Assembly: GCF_000315625.1 (NCBI RefSeq)
Contig: NW_005434671.1
Location: forward strand, 248,001 to 312,000
Source: Guillardia theta CCMP2712
Lineage: Eukaryota; Protista; Cryptophyta
Length of the DNA stretch: 64,000 bases
Direction: 5' to 3'
The translations under genes and the position numbers were made by a program. Positions 12,180-24,546 of the stretch are shown piece after piece (positions within the stretch are counted from its first letter, which is position 1; each line of letters starts with the position of its first letter). Below the pieces are notes generated by a model that was given only the letters and a program-made list of their open reading frames with translations, was not told the origin of the DNA and did not search any database.

Positions 12180-12389
12180 GTGTGCCTGGCTCCCTGCCTC
12201 AAGCCATAGGCCGAAGGGGCAGTGTAACGGAATGTAACCTGTCGTAACGTCTGAACTTTATTTGTAACGTCATCAACCGGGTTCGGTACGGTCCGGCTTT
12301 CGGGGAGACAAAAATCATGTGAAAACGAAGTGACGGGAAGCGGGGGGAGCGAACTAGACTGAGAAGGAGGATGAGGAGAGGAGAGGAGA

Positions 12390-12432
12390 GGACAGGACAG
12401 GACAGGACAGGACAGGACAGGACAGGACAGGA
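12390..12432 (+). repeat. (GGACA)n microsatellite
   Basis: About 8 tandem GACAG units. Confidence 0.95.
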
Positions 12433-12913
12433 GATTGACCGAGTGACCTCTGTCATGGTCCCTTGCCATCGGCAAGGCAAGAGCAAGCCACCGGGCGGCT
12501 CTGAGCCTGGCCAAGTTGAAATTGATGCTGAGGAGATGATAGGGAGAGAAGAGATCTGGCTTGAAATGCTGAACAAAACCATGCCTGAGAGACCAGGCAG
12601 CATCTGATGAATTACTTTCACTCTCCCTCGTTTCTCTGAACTGATGATCATTGGTGTTTAAAAATAAGATTCTGCTACGGTTGTAATGTTGCTGACTATA
12701 GCTCCAGGTCTGATCACAGTGTACACTTACTGATCACTGCAAGGTCACTGAATCTTGCGAGATTTGGCAAAGAGCTTGTTGATGGTGCGATGAGATGTCG
12801 AAGCTGAGTCTGTTGGTCAAGAGATGACGAATCGTTGCGATATTTGCGGCATGCGAGGACAAGAAGCTTGTCAACTGAGGAAGCGTTGACGTGCTAACGG
12901 AGAACTGAGGACG

Positions 12914-15243
12914 ATGAGGGCAGGAGAGATGCTATCTGAGTTGTCAACGAGGTTTGAACAAGAGTTTGCAAAGATCGACTCAGATCAAGACGGGGAGATC
13001 ACCTTCAATGAAGCGAAGCTCTTGTTTCAACAACTCAACATTCCTTACAAGAATTTTGTGAGGGTTCTGCAGCTGATGTCACGTTGCAATGATGGAAAAC
13101 GCTTCAAGGTCTCAGATTTCATGACCCCAGACGTCAAACTGTATCTGTTGAATTGTATGAAAAATTGTCTGCCGGAGTTCTCAACCACTCTGATTGACAA
13201 GAAGAAAGAATATCAGGTCAACGTGTCAAAGATCCAAGAGATCTTAGCAGAAGAGATTGAGCGAGGGGCGAGAGCTCCGTCTTTCTTGTTGTATCTTGTG
13301 CTCCTGGTGATCTACGGAGTTGTTGTCACCCTGCAACTTTCGCCTTGGAACTCAGCCAGCACGCGAGCTGCCGTCCTCAGCTACTTTGCGGACCAGACGT
13401 TCACTTCGAGCATTGCGACGACTCTGCTCACATTTCACGACATTCAGAGCGTGCAAGGTGAGTTCTTGCTGAGACACCGTGATGATCGCTGACTTGACGA
13501 TCTTCCCTCAAGACTTGTGGAAGTGGCAGATAGATGTGTTTGTGAACAAGTTCTACATCCAATCATACTACAACGGGGAACCACTCTCGAGCCTCGACGC
13601 CAACTACCTGCTCGAGCACATCAAGAAGATGGGAACATTCAGGGTACTCCAGAGGAGGAGCAGGAACGGGACCTGCGCTGTGAAGATGCGCTTTCCTGCG
13701 TTTGAATCCTCTTGCTATGGAGAGACGTGGAGCGATGGGCTGGAGGGTGCTGTGGAGAAAGCATCCTTTGTTGGGGCCGTCACAGGGCAGACGTACAAGT
13801 ACACCGACGCTCCTTGGTACGACTCCGGATACCTGCAGACGTTCTCCTCCAACAAGGACAGCGCCGTTGCGCAGCTGCAGACTCTGCAGCAGGATGGATG
13901 GATCAACGCGTCCTCTCGTTACTGGAGGCTGGACTTCTCGGCCTACTCCCCCGACGTTTCTCTCTTCATCTACACGAAGTTCCAAGTCGAGCTGAGAACG
14001 ACGGGAGAGATGCTGCCTTCAGCTGAGGTCGAGAGCAGAAGGTTGCACTACTATCGCACTTCGACTGACTTCGTCCGGCTCGCGTTTGAATGCCTGCTCC
14101 TCCTCTGCAACCTTGCGTTCGCCCTCAGGCAGGTCGTCCTCCTCAGGACGAGGAAGGAGCGGATTCAAGCTATCCTCCTCGTGCGGCCCATCACCTTGTT
14201 GGCTATCAGTCAGGGCCTGCTGCTTGTCACCTGCATCGGGCTGTGGATTCGAATCATCGTGAAGGGTGAGTCGATGGCCAACAGTCTGCAGGTCGATCAG
14301 CAAGGCATCTCCTGGAAAGGCGGGTCGATGTTCACGTTGTATGACATCTCCTCTACCTTCAAGGCTTACTTCGCCCTCCATGCCTGCAACTTCATTGTCG
14401 CAATGATGATTCTCCTCGACCTCCTCCGCTTCAACCCCAGCATGGAGATGGTGATAGCAACCTTGTCAGCCGAGCTCAGAGTGATGGTGGCCTTCTTTTT
14501 CGTGATGGTGCTGTTCGTTGTCACCATAGCTGTGGATGGCATGATGCTCTTCAGCCGCTCTTCTCCCCTCTTCTCGAACCTCCGTGCCTCCATCAACTCC
14601 TTGTTGAGCCTCCTCCACGGACATCGCACGGCGAAGGAGCTTGTAAACATCTCCCCGACTAGTTTGTACTCCCTTTACCTCCCTCTCATCCTCTGCTTCT
14701 TCTTCTTCCTCGTTCCCTTGTTCATCGCCGTCTTGTACCATCGGCTCCTGAAGCTGAGGACGAAAGTTGAGGAGGCAAGGAGAAAGAAGGGCGGGAGGAT
14801 GAACGACAGCCTGATCGGTCAGCTCTTGCTGGGGATTCAGCTCTGGTTGCCCAGGAGGTGGGCGAGCAGACGCGTCGGACTGGCTCGAGAGTTCCTGGAG
14901 GAGGTGGACAAGTGGCCAAGGATGAGCCACATGATGTTCGAGGAGCTGATGGAGAGGCTGGACAGGAAGCTCTCTGAAGCCGAACTCTCTTCCTTGGTGG
15001 ACGAGTGCGATGCATACGAGAACGACTGCAAGGATTTCAATGTCGATCCTGCTGAGGTGCGAGAGAAAGACAAGCAGGAGACGGAAGGTGAGCTGAGAAA
15101 GGAGAGGAGGGGTCAAGACTGAAGGTAGTTTGGCAGAACTTTACGAGGACATTGCGAGAAAGATGGACTCGCTGCTACAAGACAACAAGTTGGCGTATCA
15201 ACGGCTGTCATTCATGCAAGAGGTCATGGGATACCAAGAGTGA
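12914..15243 (+). CDS. Polycystin-2 (PKD2/TRPP)-like cation channel with N-terminal EF-hand
   Basis: EF-hand DSDQDGEITFNE; after intron ~13458-13512, TOP-domain-like sequence (FRVLQRR..C, LQQDGWINASSRYWRLDFSAYSPDVSLF) and about six hydrophobic helices; last exon ELYEDIARKMDSLL...GYQE* ends 15243. Confidence 0.85.
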
Positions 15244-15260
15244 AGTCTCAACAACACCTC

Positions 15261-17325
15261 TCAACTCGTCAACTTCCTCACCATCGAACTTACTGTCTCT
15301 GGCATGCAGAGCAGCATGTCCTCCCACGATGAAGGGGACGCTTCCACTTCCATTCTCAGCATCCTCCTCAGGCTCCTCCGGTTCTCCGGCATCGACGTCT
15401 CCCCGACCCACTGCCTGCTCAACTCCTTGAGGGACGACAAGAAGCTTCCTGCCTCCAGCTCAAGTGCCGCTACGTCCTCCTCGTCGGACCACCCGTCGGA
15501 GTCATCCCAGTCAGAGCCCGTGTCCTCCTCCTCTCCCGCCTCCTCGTTCTCATTCCCATCACAGCCAGTGTAGATGGTCAAATTGCCTGACTTGGACCGC
15601 CTCTTCTCCAGCACTCCCCCGCCCTCCCTGTCCCCATCCCTGAGCCCTGTAGGTGTTGTCGCTGCTGCTGCTGCTGACGATGATGACGACGGCGTCGCCG
15701 CCGCTGCCTGCTTCGAGCTCGCGTGCTCCGAGCCCGACGATCCATGGCGGCTACCACTGCGCAGCCTGACAGCCAGGGACTGCCAGATCCTTCCCAGGTA
15801 CCGTCCGTCACCGACGACACAGCATATAGAGTACAAGTTGGTGAGGAGGGCGCGGAAGAGAACGATCTCCATGTCGTGCATCTCAAGGATCTTGAGGATG
15901 CTCTCCATGAACTGATCCAGTGCGGCATCGAAGCTGTGCTCGCACTCATGGATGGAGCACTGGAGGGAGGCTGGCTCCTCCGCTAGCTGCACGTCGAGGT
16001 ACTGAGGACGAAGGTAGGTGTACCGCCTCTGCGACTTGCCGGGGGTGCAGCAGGAGGCGTATGTCCGGGCAGCCTCCATGTGATTGCCCTGCATTTCCCT
16101 CGAGGTGTCGAGAGAAGGAGGAGTTGTATGTACAGGTTGCACGTGGCTTGCGTGCTGAGCAGCAGTCAGGTAGCTGTGAGGAAGGGAAAGGACGAGGAGG
16201 ATGGGATAAGAGGAGAGGGGTGAGAAGACGCATGAGAGAAGGAGAGCGGAGGGAGAAAAGGACTGAAAAAGCAGTGAAGGAACAGACGGGAAAAGAGAAT
16301 GACAGGAGGTGAGAAGGAGGAGGAGGAGGAGGAGGAGGAGGACAGAAGGATGGAAAGAGCACTACCTTGTGGTCCTCCTTGCTCGGAGAGACGAGGTAAC
16401 GCTGGTTGTTGGGCTTGCTGTCCTGAGAATCTTTCGATATATAGTCGCTCCAGCAAGAAAGTGGGAGGTGAATGATGCGATGCATGGCCTCGACCACGTT
16501 GAGCTCCACGTTGAGCTCCTCCGGGTAGTTCTTGAGGAACTGGCTGAGGGTGGAGGAGAAGCAGAGCATCTGATCGATGCTGCATGTCGCTATGAAGTCC
16601 GGCAGCATCGAGCTGATGGAGATCAGGAGCGCCTTCTCAACTTTCTCTGCTGCTCTCTTCCCCGTCCTGCACGGCATCGTCATGCCTGAGGTCAGGAAAG
16701 CAGGCGGGTCGAGACCTGGTGGTAGCGAACAGCGGCGATGAGATCTTGAGAGGTTCAAGAACAACAGCTTCTGCTCCTCGCTGAATCACTCTGCGACTTC
16801 ACCATCAGCCAACCCTCCTCGCACCTCCTTGATCCTCCCCTGTCCCTCAGCCTCACAAGGTTTCTAGTCCATCTCCTGCCTTGCTGCTTCTACCTCGCCT
16901 TCAACTTGTACCATGGCTGTCTCAGCCTTCACCCACTCCCTGCTCCGCATGCCAAACTTCGTCCTCATCTCTCCTGGGCCCTCTCCCTCCCTCCGACCTT
17001 CACTCTTTTCCGCTCCCCACGTGCTCACTCGCTGCAGTTCTGCCGGCATCCGCTCACCTGATGGGGCTAACGGCAGGATCTTCTCCCGGGCCGAGCTGCG
17101 AGATGGACGAGAACCACGAGATCATGGCGCGAACGTTCTGCTGCTGCCGAGACGCCACGACGGCGGGGAAGCGAGTATGCACTACCATCATCACCTCCAT
17201 GCTCACAGCCCCTGCCTTGAGCGGCATCCCTTCCTCCAGCAGAGACTCGATCGAAGGCATCAACTCTGCCGGCATCGTCAAGAAGGGCGGAGGAGGAGGA
17301 GGAGGAGGAGGAGGAGGAGGAGGAG

Positions 17326-17357
<32 letters not shown>

Positions 17358-20300
17358 GGGCGGAGCGGGGAAGGAGGGGGAGCAGGAGCAGGAGCAGGAG
17401 CAGGAGATGGTGGTGATGGCTAGAGCGCTTTGGGGAGAGAGGGGAGGGGTGAACGTAAGTCTAGGAGTTACCAGGCAAGAGATTTTCAATCCACACTGAG
17501 ATGCTTTCGATGCAAGCTTGTGCGTCATCGCGAACAAGACAGTTGGATTGTGATGTGACAAAATCCTTGTACTGATCGACCTGCAAGACTGTCACTCGCA
17601 GAAAGCTGCTTCACTTCTTCACCTTCTTCACGATCTCCCGGACTGCCAGTGTCCCGATGAACTTTCGCAGCGACTGCGAGTTGATGTTTGTGCTCACTTT
17701 CCTCTTCATCAGGCAGTACAGCAGGATCGCTTCGAGGCGATGCAGGTCAAACCACATGAGCATCACGCAGAGGAGCGGGAGGATCTGGACGCCCATCCTC
17801 CGCAGCTCCCATCGCTCATCAGCGACACAGTCGAGCACGTCTTCAAAGATTCTCGTGAGCACATTCGCCAGAGGTTCGTAGTTGTTGCTGAAGGTCTCGG
17901 AGAACTCCAAGGAAGCTCCGTTCTCACTACCATGACCGTCCATGCAGCGAAAGATCTCGATCAGCGAGGCCTCTGGCGACATCCTGTTGCCCTTCGCCGG
18001 GGCTCCTTGATCTCCTTCGCTCACTGGAGACGACGAGGACCTGCGGCGGGGAGAATCCTTTGAGGGTATCGTGGCCATAGTCCTGGCAACCTCCGGGTTC
18101 AGCTGCTTCTCAGCGTCAACGCTCTCTTCAAAGTTCTTGGGTCTGGGAGGGTACGAGGACGAGTCAGAGAACAAGCTGGAACGAAGATGGTGATGTTTGG
18201 ACTGAGAGTCGAGCGAGAAGTCTCGAAACTGATTGGAATTGTACTGTCGCTCATCTGGCGTCACCTTCTTGGGGCTGGGAGAGAAGAGCATCGAAGGGAT
18301 TGACCGCAACAGCTTCATCGTGTGATCATTCACAAAGTGACCCAAGATCAACTCGTATGCGAGAAGCCTTCCTTCGCGCCACTCCCACGTCGAGCTCACA
18401 CTCCCTATGTTCACCCGTGCCGGCGTATCCTCGGACGAACTGCCATGAGGAACGGAGGTTGCCTCGAACGAGCTGGTGGGGGAGAAGGAGTCCATGAAGT
18501 TGTACTCCAATCTCGAGCCACCGGGGGGAGAATACTCAGCATCGTAGCTGGAGGACACCAGATCATTCTGCGACTTCCACGCCTCGGACAGCCCCTGGAG
18601 GACGAGGCGCTGGAGTGAGATGGAGCCTGCGAGATCGAGATCAGTCGGACAACAAGAAGGGATGGAAGCGAGTGGGACCAGAGTCTGACTTCGCCGCGAG
18701 TTGGAAGAACAGCGAGCTGCAAGCCTGCCGGACGGTGCTGGCAGGGTGGGCGAGGTAGAGACTGAAAGTCTCCAGCAAAGTCTCCAGCTGTGACAGCAGG
18801 TAGGAGGATGAAAGCCTCTCGAGTAAATCTGCAACAAGTGACAGGAGGCCCTGGGCTTCGAAGGCCTCGACGAACTCAAGCTCGTCGGGCTTCACAGTCG
18901 CAACGTCGAGCACGCGGATCCCACTCGATATCTGGCTGTAGCTGCGAGTGAGAGTGTACTCCGACTGCACCCGATCACTCCGAGCGCTGAAGATCGAGAG
19001 CCTCCCCATGACTTCCTCTAGGCATGCCTCAGTCTCGTGTACGGCACTCCGGGAAAGGAAAGCCGAGAACGTTTTTGTTGCGCACTCCCTCACACTGCAC
19101 AACCAACGTCAACAAACCAGGCTCACCAGTGCATGCAAGGAAAAACCTCAGTTGAGGATGAGCAAGAGCGCGGTAGAGAATGTGCTTCAGCCTCGTCCCT
19201 TGCATCGAAAGGAACCCATGGCCGCTGCTTGCGGATGCGGTCTCTCCCCTTCCTGCACCCTCAGCATCTGGTGTCACGGGACCCTTTTGGAACCGATCAA
19301 GCGTCTTGATCAGGACTGGCAATCCCAGCAGAATGCCCTGCAGACAGATCAGAGCAGCACGCTCCCAGACTCAGACTGGACCTCCTTCGACTTCCAAACG
19401 TCTTTCGAATCTTGTGCAGCCTCGTGGGAGGTCGTGTCTTGTTCCATTCCATCGTAGTACTCGAGCAAGCTGCAGGGCCATCAGCACAGGAAACAAGCAG
19501 GCAGGAGAGGAGACGTGAATATCAGGCCTTGGATGAGCTCTACGCTCAGGTTGCACGATAGCTTCTCCAGGCCGCTGGCTGAAATCTTCCTGCAGAGATC
19601 AACATAAGACGGTACAGGCGGATGCCATGAAGATTTGAATGGCTCTTGCCTTGTGGCGCTCCAAACGTCACTCAGACTGCAAATAACAAACCGATGAAAG
19701 GACTGAATGGTGGGCTCCTGTTGGAATGATTAGACCATGTCAGACAATGACGGCGAAACAACGTTGGGTGGTGTGCTTGAAGCGTTGCTGAAGCTCTGTT
19801 CCAACCATCCATAGACATGACTGACTATCTTCTGTCGAACGATCGGTTTTGCACACATGCCAATCTACAAACAGTTATCAAACCATGTAAAATGAACCGA
19901 GATCGTGAGAAGTCACCGCATCCGTGTACGACTGGATCAGCAAGTCGTTCACAGTCTCATTACAGAGCTTGATGTGTATCTTCAAGTCAATAGTCAGATA
20001 GAAGGAATATGCTAGAAGCCTCCATCACAGGCGATCGATACCTGCTCATGAGCATCATTGAGGATTTTTCTTTCCCGATCATCTAGTTTTTGCTTATGGT
20101 TTTCCTCTGGTTCGTCAGTCCACCTGCATCATCATATCACATGGAAGGAGGACACCAGATCTCTCATCACCCGTATCGCCCTTCGAACGTGAAGGCGAGA
20201 AACTGCGACAGAAGCAGCTGCTGCTCAAGGAGGTGATTGCGGTCGTCACTCTCTGCCCAGCAACCAAGTAGCTCATGGATGAGCTCTTTTTCTGTGTCTG

Positions 20301-20558
20301 GATTCTGTTTCCCTTGCACCAGCCCACCCATCACTGCTAACAACTTGGCCGCGCTCATTGCAATCAACTTGCTATCGAGGTCAAACAGGGCATTGGGAAA
20401 GAGGTGTGGGCCCACGTACTTCCAAGCTTTGATCTCTTGTAGGATTGGACGGGAATCTTTCACCTCTCAGTTGCTCTGTTCTCCTCGTCCTCCTCTGCCA
20501 TATCTTCAAGCTCCATCCTCCTCGACCTTCCTTTGCGGACAGTCGCTGCATCTGCCAT
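15261..20558 (-). CDS. Large multi-exon HEAT/ARM-like helical repeat protein, function unknown
   Basis: Consecutive minus-strand exons (20463-20167, 19102-18641, 18879-17611, 17281-17054, 16764-16360, 16142-15261) with HEAT-like motifs SVRECATKTFSAFL, STVRQACSSLFFQL, WEWREGRLLAYELIL, RWELRRMGVQIL; poly-Pro/Ala tract 17290-17400; start MADAATVRKG inferred. Confidence 0.65.
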
Positions 20559-22070
20559 GGCCTTGGAGAGATTTTGAGAGTGAACGCAGCTTAGACCACT
20601 CTACCCCACCACCCATTATTCATGGTATTTTGTAGTGACATCGGGGGTACCCTATATATTTTGCCTTTTCTTTTTTGTCTTGTCTTGGTCTTGTTCGATC
20701 ATTTTTTCGAACCGTTGGGCCGGCTCGCCTCAGCTGATGACCCCACCCTTCCTGGCATGATAGTACCCCTAATATGCTATGCCCACATAATTCACCCCAC
20801 CCCCTGATTAGACCAGCCAAATTTCCCACAACTACCCCTGTCATAACTCGAAAGTCCCCATGCTCTCTACCCACCCCTTTGACCAAAGTGCACTATGGAA
20901 AGTACCCCTCCAAGGACACCCGTCTGTGACTGCCAGCTTCATTTCAAGAGCCCGCCCCAGCGATATCGATGCAGAACTATGCTTTCAAAAAGTGGCAGAT
21001 GACCGCACGTAAGTGGAAGGTCAGAAGGAGCAATATGCGGGATGGGTGTTGTGAAGGCAAAACTGGCTAACATGAATGAGTTCACATAAAACGCATAACT
21101 GCTGAGTCATAAGACAAATCATTGGAATAAGCTCCCAGTAACGCTTTCACGGAACTTGATATTTCAAGAAATACCTCGGAAATGGATGAAAAGGTGACAC
21201 ATCATCCTTGTTAGGTTCAATAATGAGTTCGAATCTTCCAAAACGACTCACAAGATGCGGATTTGTACCTGAAAACTACCTCATTCGACCTTTTGTCATC
21301 GCATGAAATCGACCATGGCACACATTGCACTTCTGTGTAGAAAATGCAAACCCAAATGAATCAACAAGAACGTGTCCATCATGAAGAATCCGAATCAAAT
21401 TTTAGAGCAGATAATGTTAATTGAATGATGGATAACTGTCTGAGTGAAGAGAACAACATGTGTGACCAGGAAAATCTTGTCGCTTCCTGCCTTCGCTCGA
21501 GTTGCTCGAGTTCCTCGAATCCTTGGCCAGTGCATTGTGGTCAAGAACGGAGCTACGGTTTTCGTTTATTTATGAGTCAGTCCACTGGAATGGAGATAAC
21601 ACGTCGTGCTGGAAAGAGCATTTCCTGCCAATCACATCGTGCTTTCTAGCTCCCCATATCTTGTTCACAGTCCCTGGCCAATATCAAATCCCTCAATTCC
21701 GCCATGTGCCAGTTATGCGTTTGAGTATTTTTAAGATCTGAGACCCCATGTCCTTGTCGTATCTAGCTCTTTGATTGAATAAGGAATTTTTTCGTTGTCA
21801 CGAGGTACGTGGCGGAGATAGATTGGTTCAGCACAGTTCTTCGTGCGTTACGACTCGACAAATCCTCTCTCGTTGAATTCTATCACCACAACAGTGCAGC
21901 GTGCCATCACAAACGCAACAGAACGTGATGTGGATGGTGCAAGTTTCCCACCACAGCGACATCAATAACTCGTACCAAAAAAGATCTCAAGGTCTAGTCT
22001 GCAATTTTATTGCACAAATTCGCGTGGGAAAACCCAGATATGGAATTGAGCGTGTTAACTCCTACTGTAC

Positions 22071-23037
22071 TTAAATGGATTCATATCCTGTGCTTGCACC
22101 AGACATGAGGATAAGGCCAAAGACAGCCTGCAAAGAGAAACGGAAGAGGGTCAACGGAACGACGAGGCACTCAGGACTCTTCTCACCTTGGAGATGACGT
22201 CGAGCACACCGTAGATGAGCACCTGCATCATGAGGTAAGATCGGAGTGTGCAAGATGTGGATTCCACTCCAGCAAGAATGCTCATACCTCAAAGGTGACA
22301 GAGAAGTTTCCGAAGCCTTCAGCGAAGACCCACACAACAGGGTAGCAGAACCATGTGATGACAGTAATGCCCGCGATCTTGCTGTACACTGACGCAGAGT
22401 CTCCTCCCTTGGCCTTGGCAGCCTCAGCCCAGGACTTTCCGAGGGCAAAAATGATGTGGAGGAACCAGCACATTCCAAAGAACCACCAAACCCACTTCAC
22501 GTTGCCAACAGTCAGGGAGCCAAAGGCGCCAGTGGCGATCATGAGGACTAGAAAACAGGATAAGTGCTGAGTGACAGAAGAGAAGCTGCATACCGTCAGA
22601 CAAGCACAAGGCCATGATATCCCAGCGGCTCACTCCAGCAACAAGACCAAGATCAAGGAGGAGGAGAGGGGTGGTGATCAACCAATCCAAATACCTTGCA
22701 ACGAAAAGCTGTCTGCAATCAGGGGCAATGACCCAGCCACCTCCGGAAGCCATGGAGAAGTATGCGATGGAAGCAATTCCGGTAACGAATGTGGCGGGGA
22801 ACAAAACTCTTCCAGAAGCCTTGCTCTTAGCAGCATTGATACCCATCAGCAACGTGATGCAAGCAAAGACGATGAAGACGAACTCCAGAAGAGCCTTTCC
22901 GAAGGAAGAGGCCATATCGACTGTCTTGCATCCGTGAACATCAAGCTTGGCTCCCTCGCCCACCAGCATGGTGGTCATCTGCATGGCAGGTCAGTAGCGC
23001 CCTCGCACATACGCGGACACCCTACCTGCGATGCCAT
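22071..23037 (-). CDS. GtR3: Microbial (type-1) rhodopsin, DTD proton-pump motif, GtR3-like
   Basis: Exon 1 MASQ (ATG 23037), then MLVGEGAKLDVHGCKTVDMASSFGKALLEF; helix C RYLDWLITTPLLLLDL; helix G VLDVISK|AVFGLIL; ends TGYESI*. Matches my recollection of G. theta rhodopsin 3 apart from a few residues. Confidence 0.92.
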
Positions 23038-23248
23038 CCCGCGCCTCTTCGTGTGAAGCTGACGGTTACAGATGTTGCCATTCATGTAACGGAAACATTG
23101 TATCACTTCACATAGGCGGACACGGTTTTTGACCTGAAATCGGAAGCCCCGAAGATCCGGACGGTTATAAACCGTTTCGGGATATCAGAAGGACGTTACA
23201 GGCAGTTTTATAATATTCTCCGAAGCGTCACCCTCCTGAAAAGCCGCC
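23038..23248. promoter_or_regulatory. 211-bp bidirectional promoter between the rhodopsin genes
   Basis: Divergent ATGs at 23037(-) and 23249(+); repeated ACGGTT/GTTAC/GTAAC words; TTATAA at ~23165 and ~23207. Confidence 0.7.
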
Positions 23249-24377
23249 ATGCGCCACTTGCTTCAGGTGAGATGAAAGTCGGCAAATGGCAGCTCAGGCC
23301 GATGATGTGAAGACAAATTCCTCTTGGAATGTGTTTGATTCTCTTTCCTTTTCATTTATCTTTGTGCTTGCCCTGCTTCTTGTCGCATGTGTAGGGTTCA
23401 TGCTTTCTGATTGAAGCTCAATCTATGTCTGAGGTATCGGTTGCAATGTGAACATGCTTTCATGTTGGTTTAAAGAAATGTTCTTATGATTGATTGAACC
23501 TGTTGATGGTTATAGAGGAAACATGTATGATTCAAGGTGTTATCACGTGTTGATGTATTCCTTTCTCGAAACAGGAGGCAGCTGCGGCTGAAGAGCCAAC
23601 TGTTACTTTCCCTGATGACTACCCCAACTCCGTTCGTCACTTCTTGCTCATCGGCTTCTTGGGCATGTTCATCGGAGCCATTGTGTTCTTCTACATGGGT
23701 ATCTCCAGGAAGGTCAACACCGTGATGCACGTGCTCACCTTCTTCATCGCTGCCGTCTCTGCATGCTCCTACTATGCTGAGTGGGCTGGCCTCGGTGTGG
23801 AGTACAAGACCACCGACACTACTCCTCGTGTCATCTTCTGGGCTCGCTACCTTGACTGGGTTGTGACTGGACCTGTAAGTTGATTATTGTGACCCGAGCC
23901 GCGACGTGTTATGACACCTTCTTGCAGCTCATCCTCACTGACTTGGCCCTCCTGTCCAAGTCTGACACCCCAACCATCATCTCCCTTGTTGGCAACATGG
24001 TCCTCTACGTCATCTGCGGCCTCATTGGAGCCCTCACCGTCGCCCCCTACAAGTACATGTGGTGGGTTGCTGGACTCATCTTCCTCATCATCGTCTTCAT
24101 GCTCCTCCTCCAGCGCCTCAACAACGCTGAGGGATACGGCGGTGATGCTCTCAAGGGCTTGACCTGGTTGACCATCCTTGTCTGGATCGTCTACCCCATC
24201 GTCTGGATCGTTGGCTCTGAGGGTACTGGTGCTCTTGGCCTTTCCCAGGAGGTTGGTATCTTGACCATTGCCGACCTCATCGCCAAGATCGGCTTCGGCT
24301 TCTACCTCCTTGCCAACGTTGATGCTCCTGAGAGCGAGTCTGTTCCTCTCAACCAGTCCTCCCAGCAGTACGTCTAA
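23249..24377 (+). CDS. Second microbial rhodopsin, DTD motif
   Basis: GCCGCCATG; exon 1 MRHLLQ, intron 23267-23574, EAAAAEEPTVTFPDDYPN...; helix C RYLDWVVTGP|LILTDL; helix F VYPIVW; helix G ADLIAKIGFG with the retinal-binding Lys. Confidence 0.93.
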
Positions 24378-24546
24378 CCCAGACAACAGCAGGAGGGTTG
24401 ACTGCGAGACTGACGGCTTGTCGTTGACAATAAAGGATCAGTTTTGGATTTGTGTCCGCCCTCACACTCTCAGTTTCGAAGCGACGAAGAGATGAGTGTA
24501 GGAAGTTTGAGATTGAAGTGATGGAGATGAAAGCTGAGTCTTCATT

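Noticed and set aside
20920-22060. Short ORFs in the AT-richer interval before the rhodopsin
   Set aside because: Frames checked were interrupted by stops and showed no motif; left unannotated.
23249-23266. MRHLLQ N-terminus of rhodopsin 2 as a substrate site for the nearby subtilisin
   Set aside because: Four-residue motif and 10-kb proximity are too weak to link them.
23298-23436. Possible C/D snoRNA in the long first intron of rhodopsin 2 (ATGATGT ... CTGA)
   Set aside because: Weak terminal stem, long box spacing and no recognisable rRNA guide.
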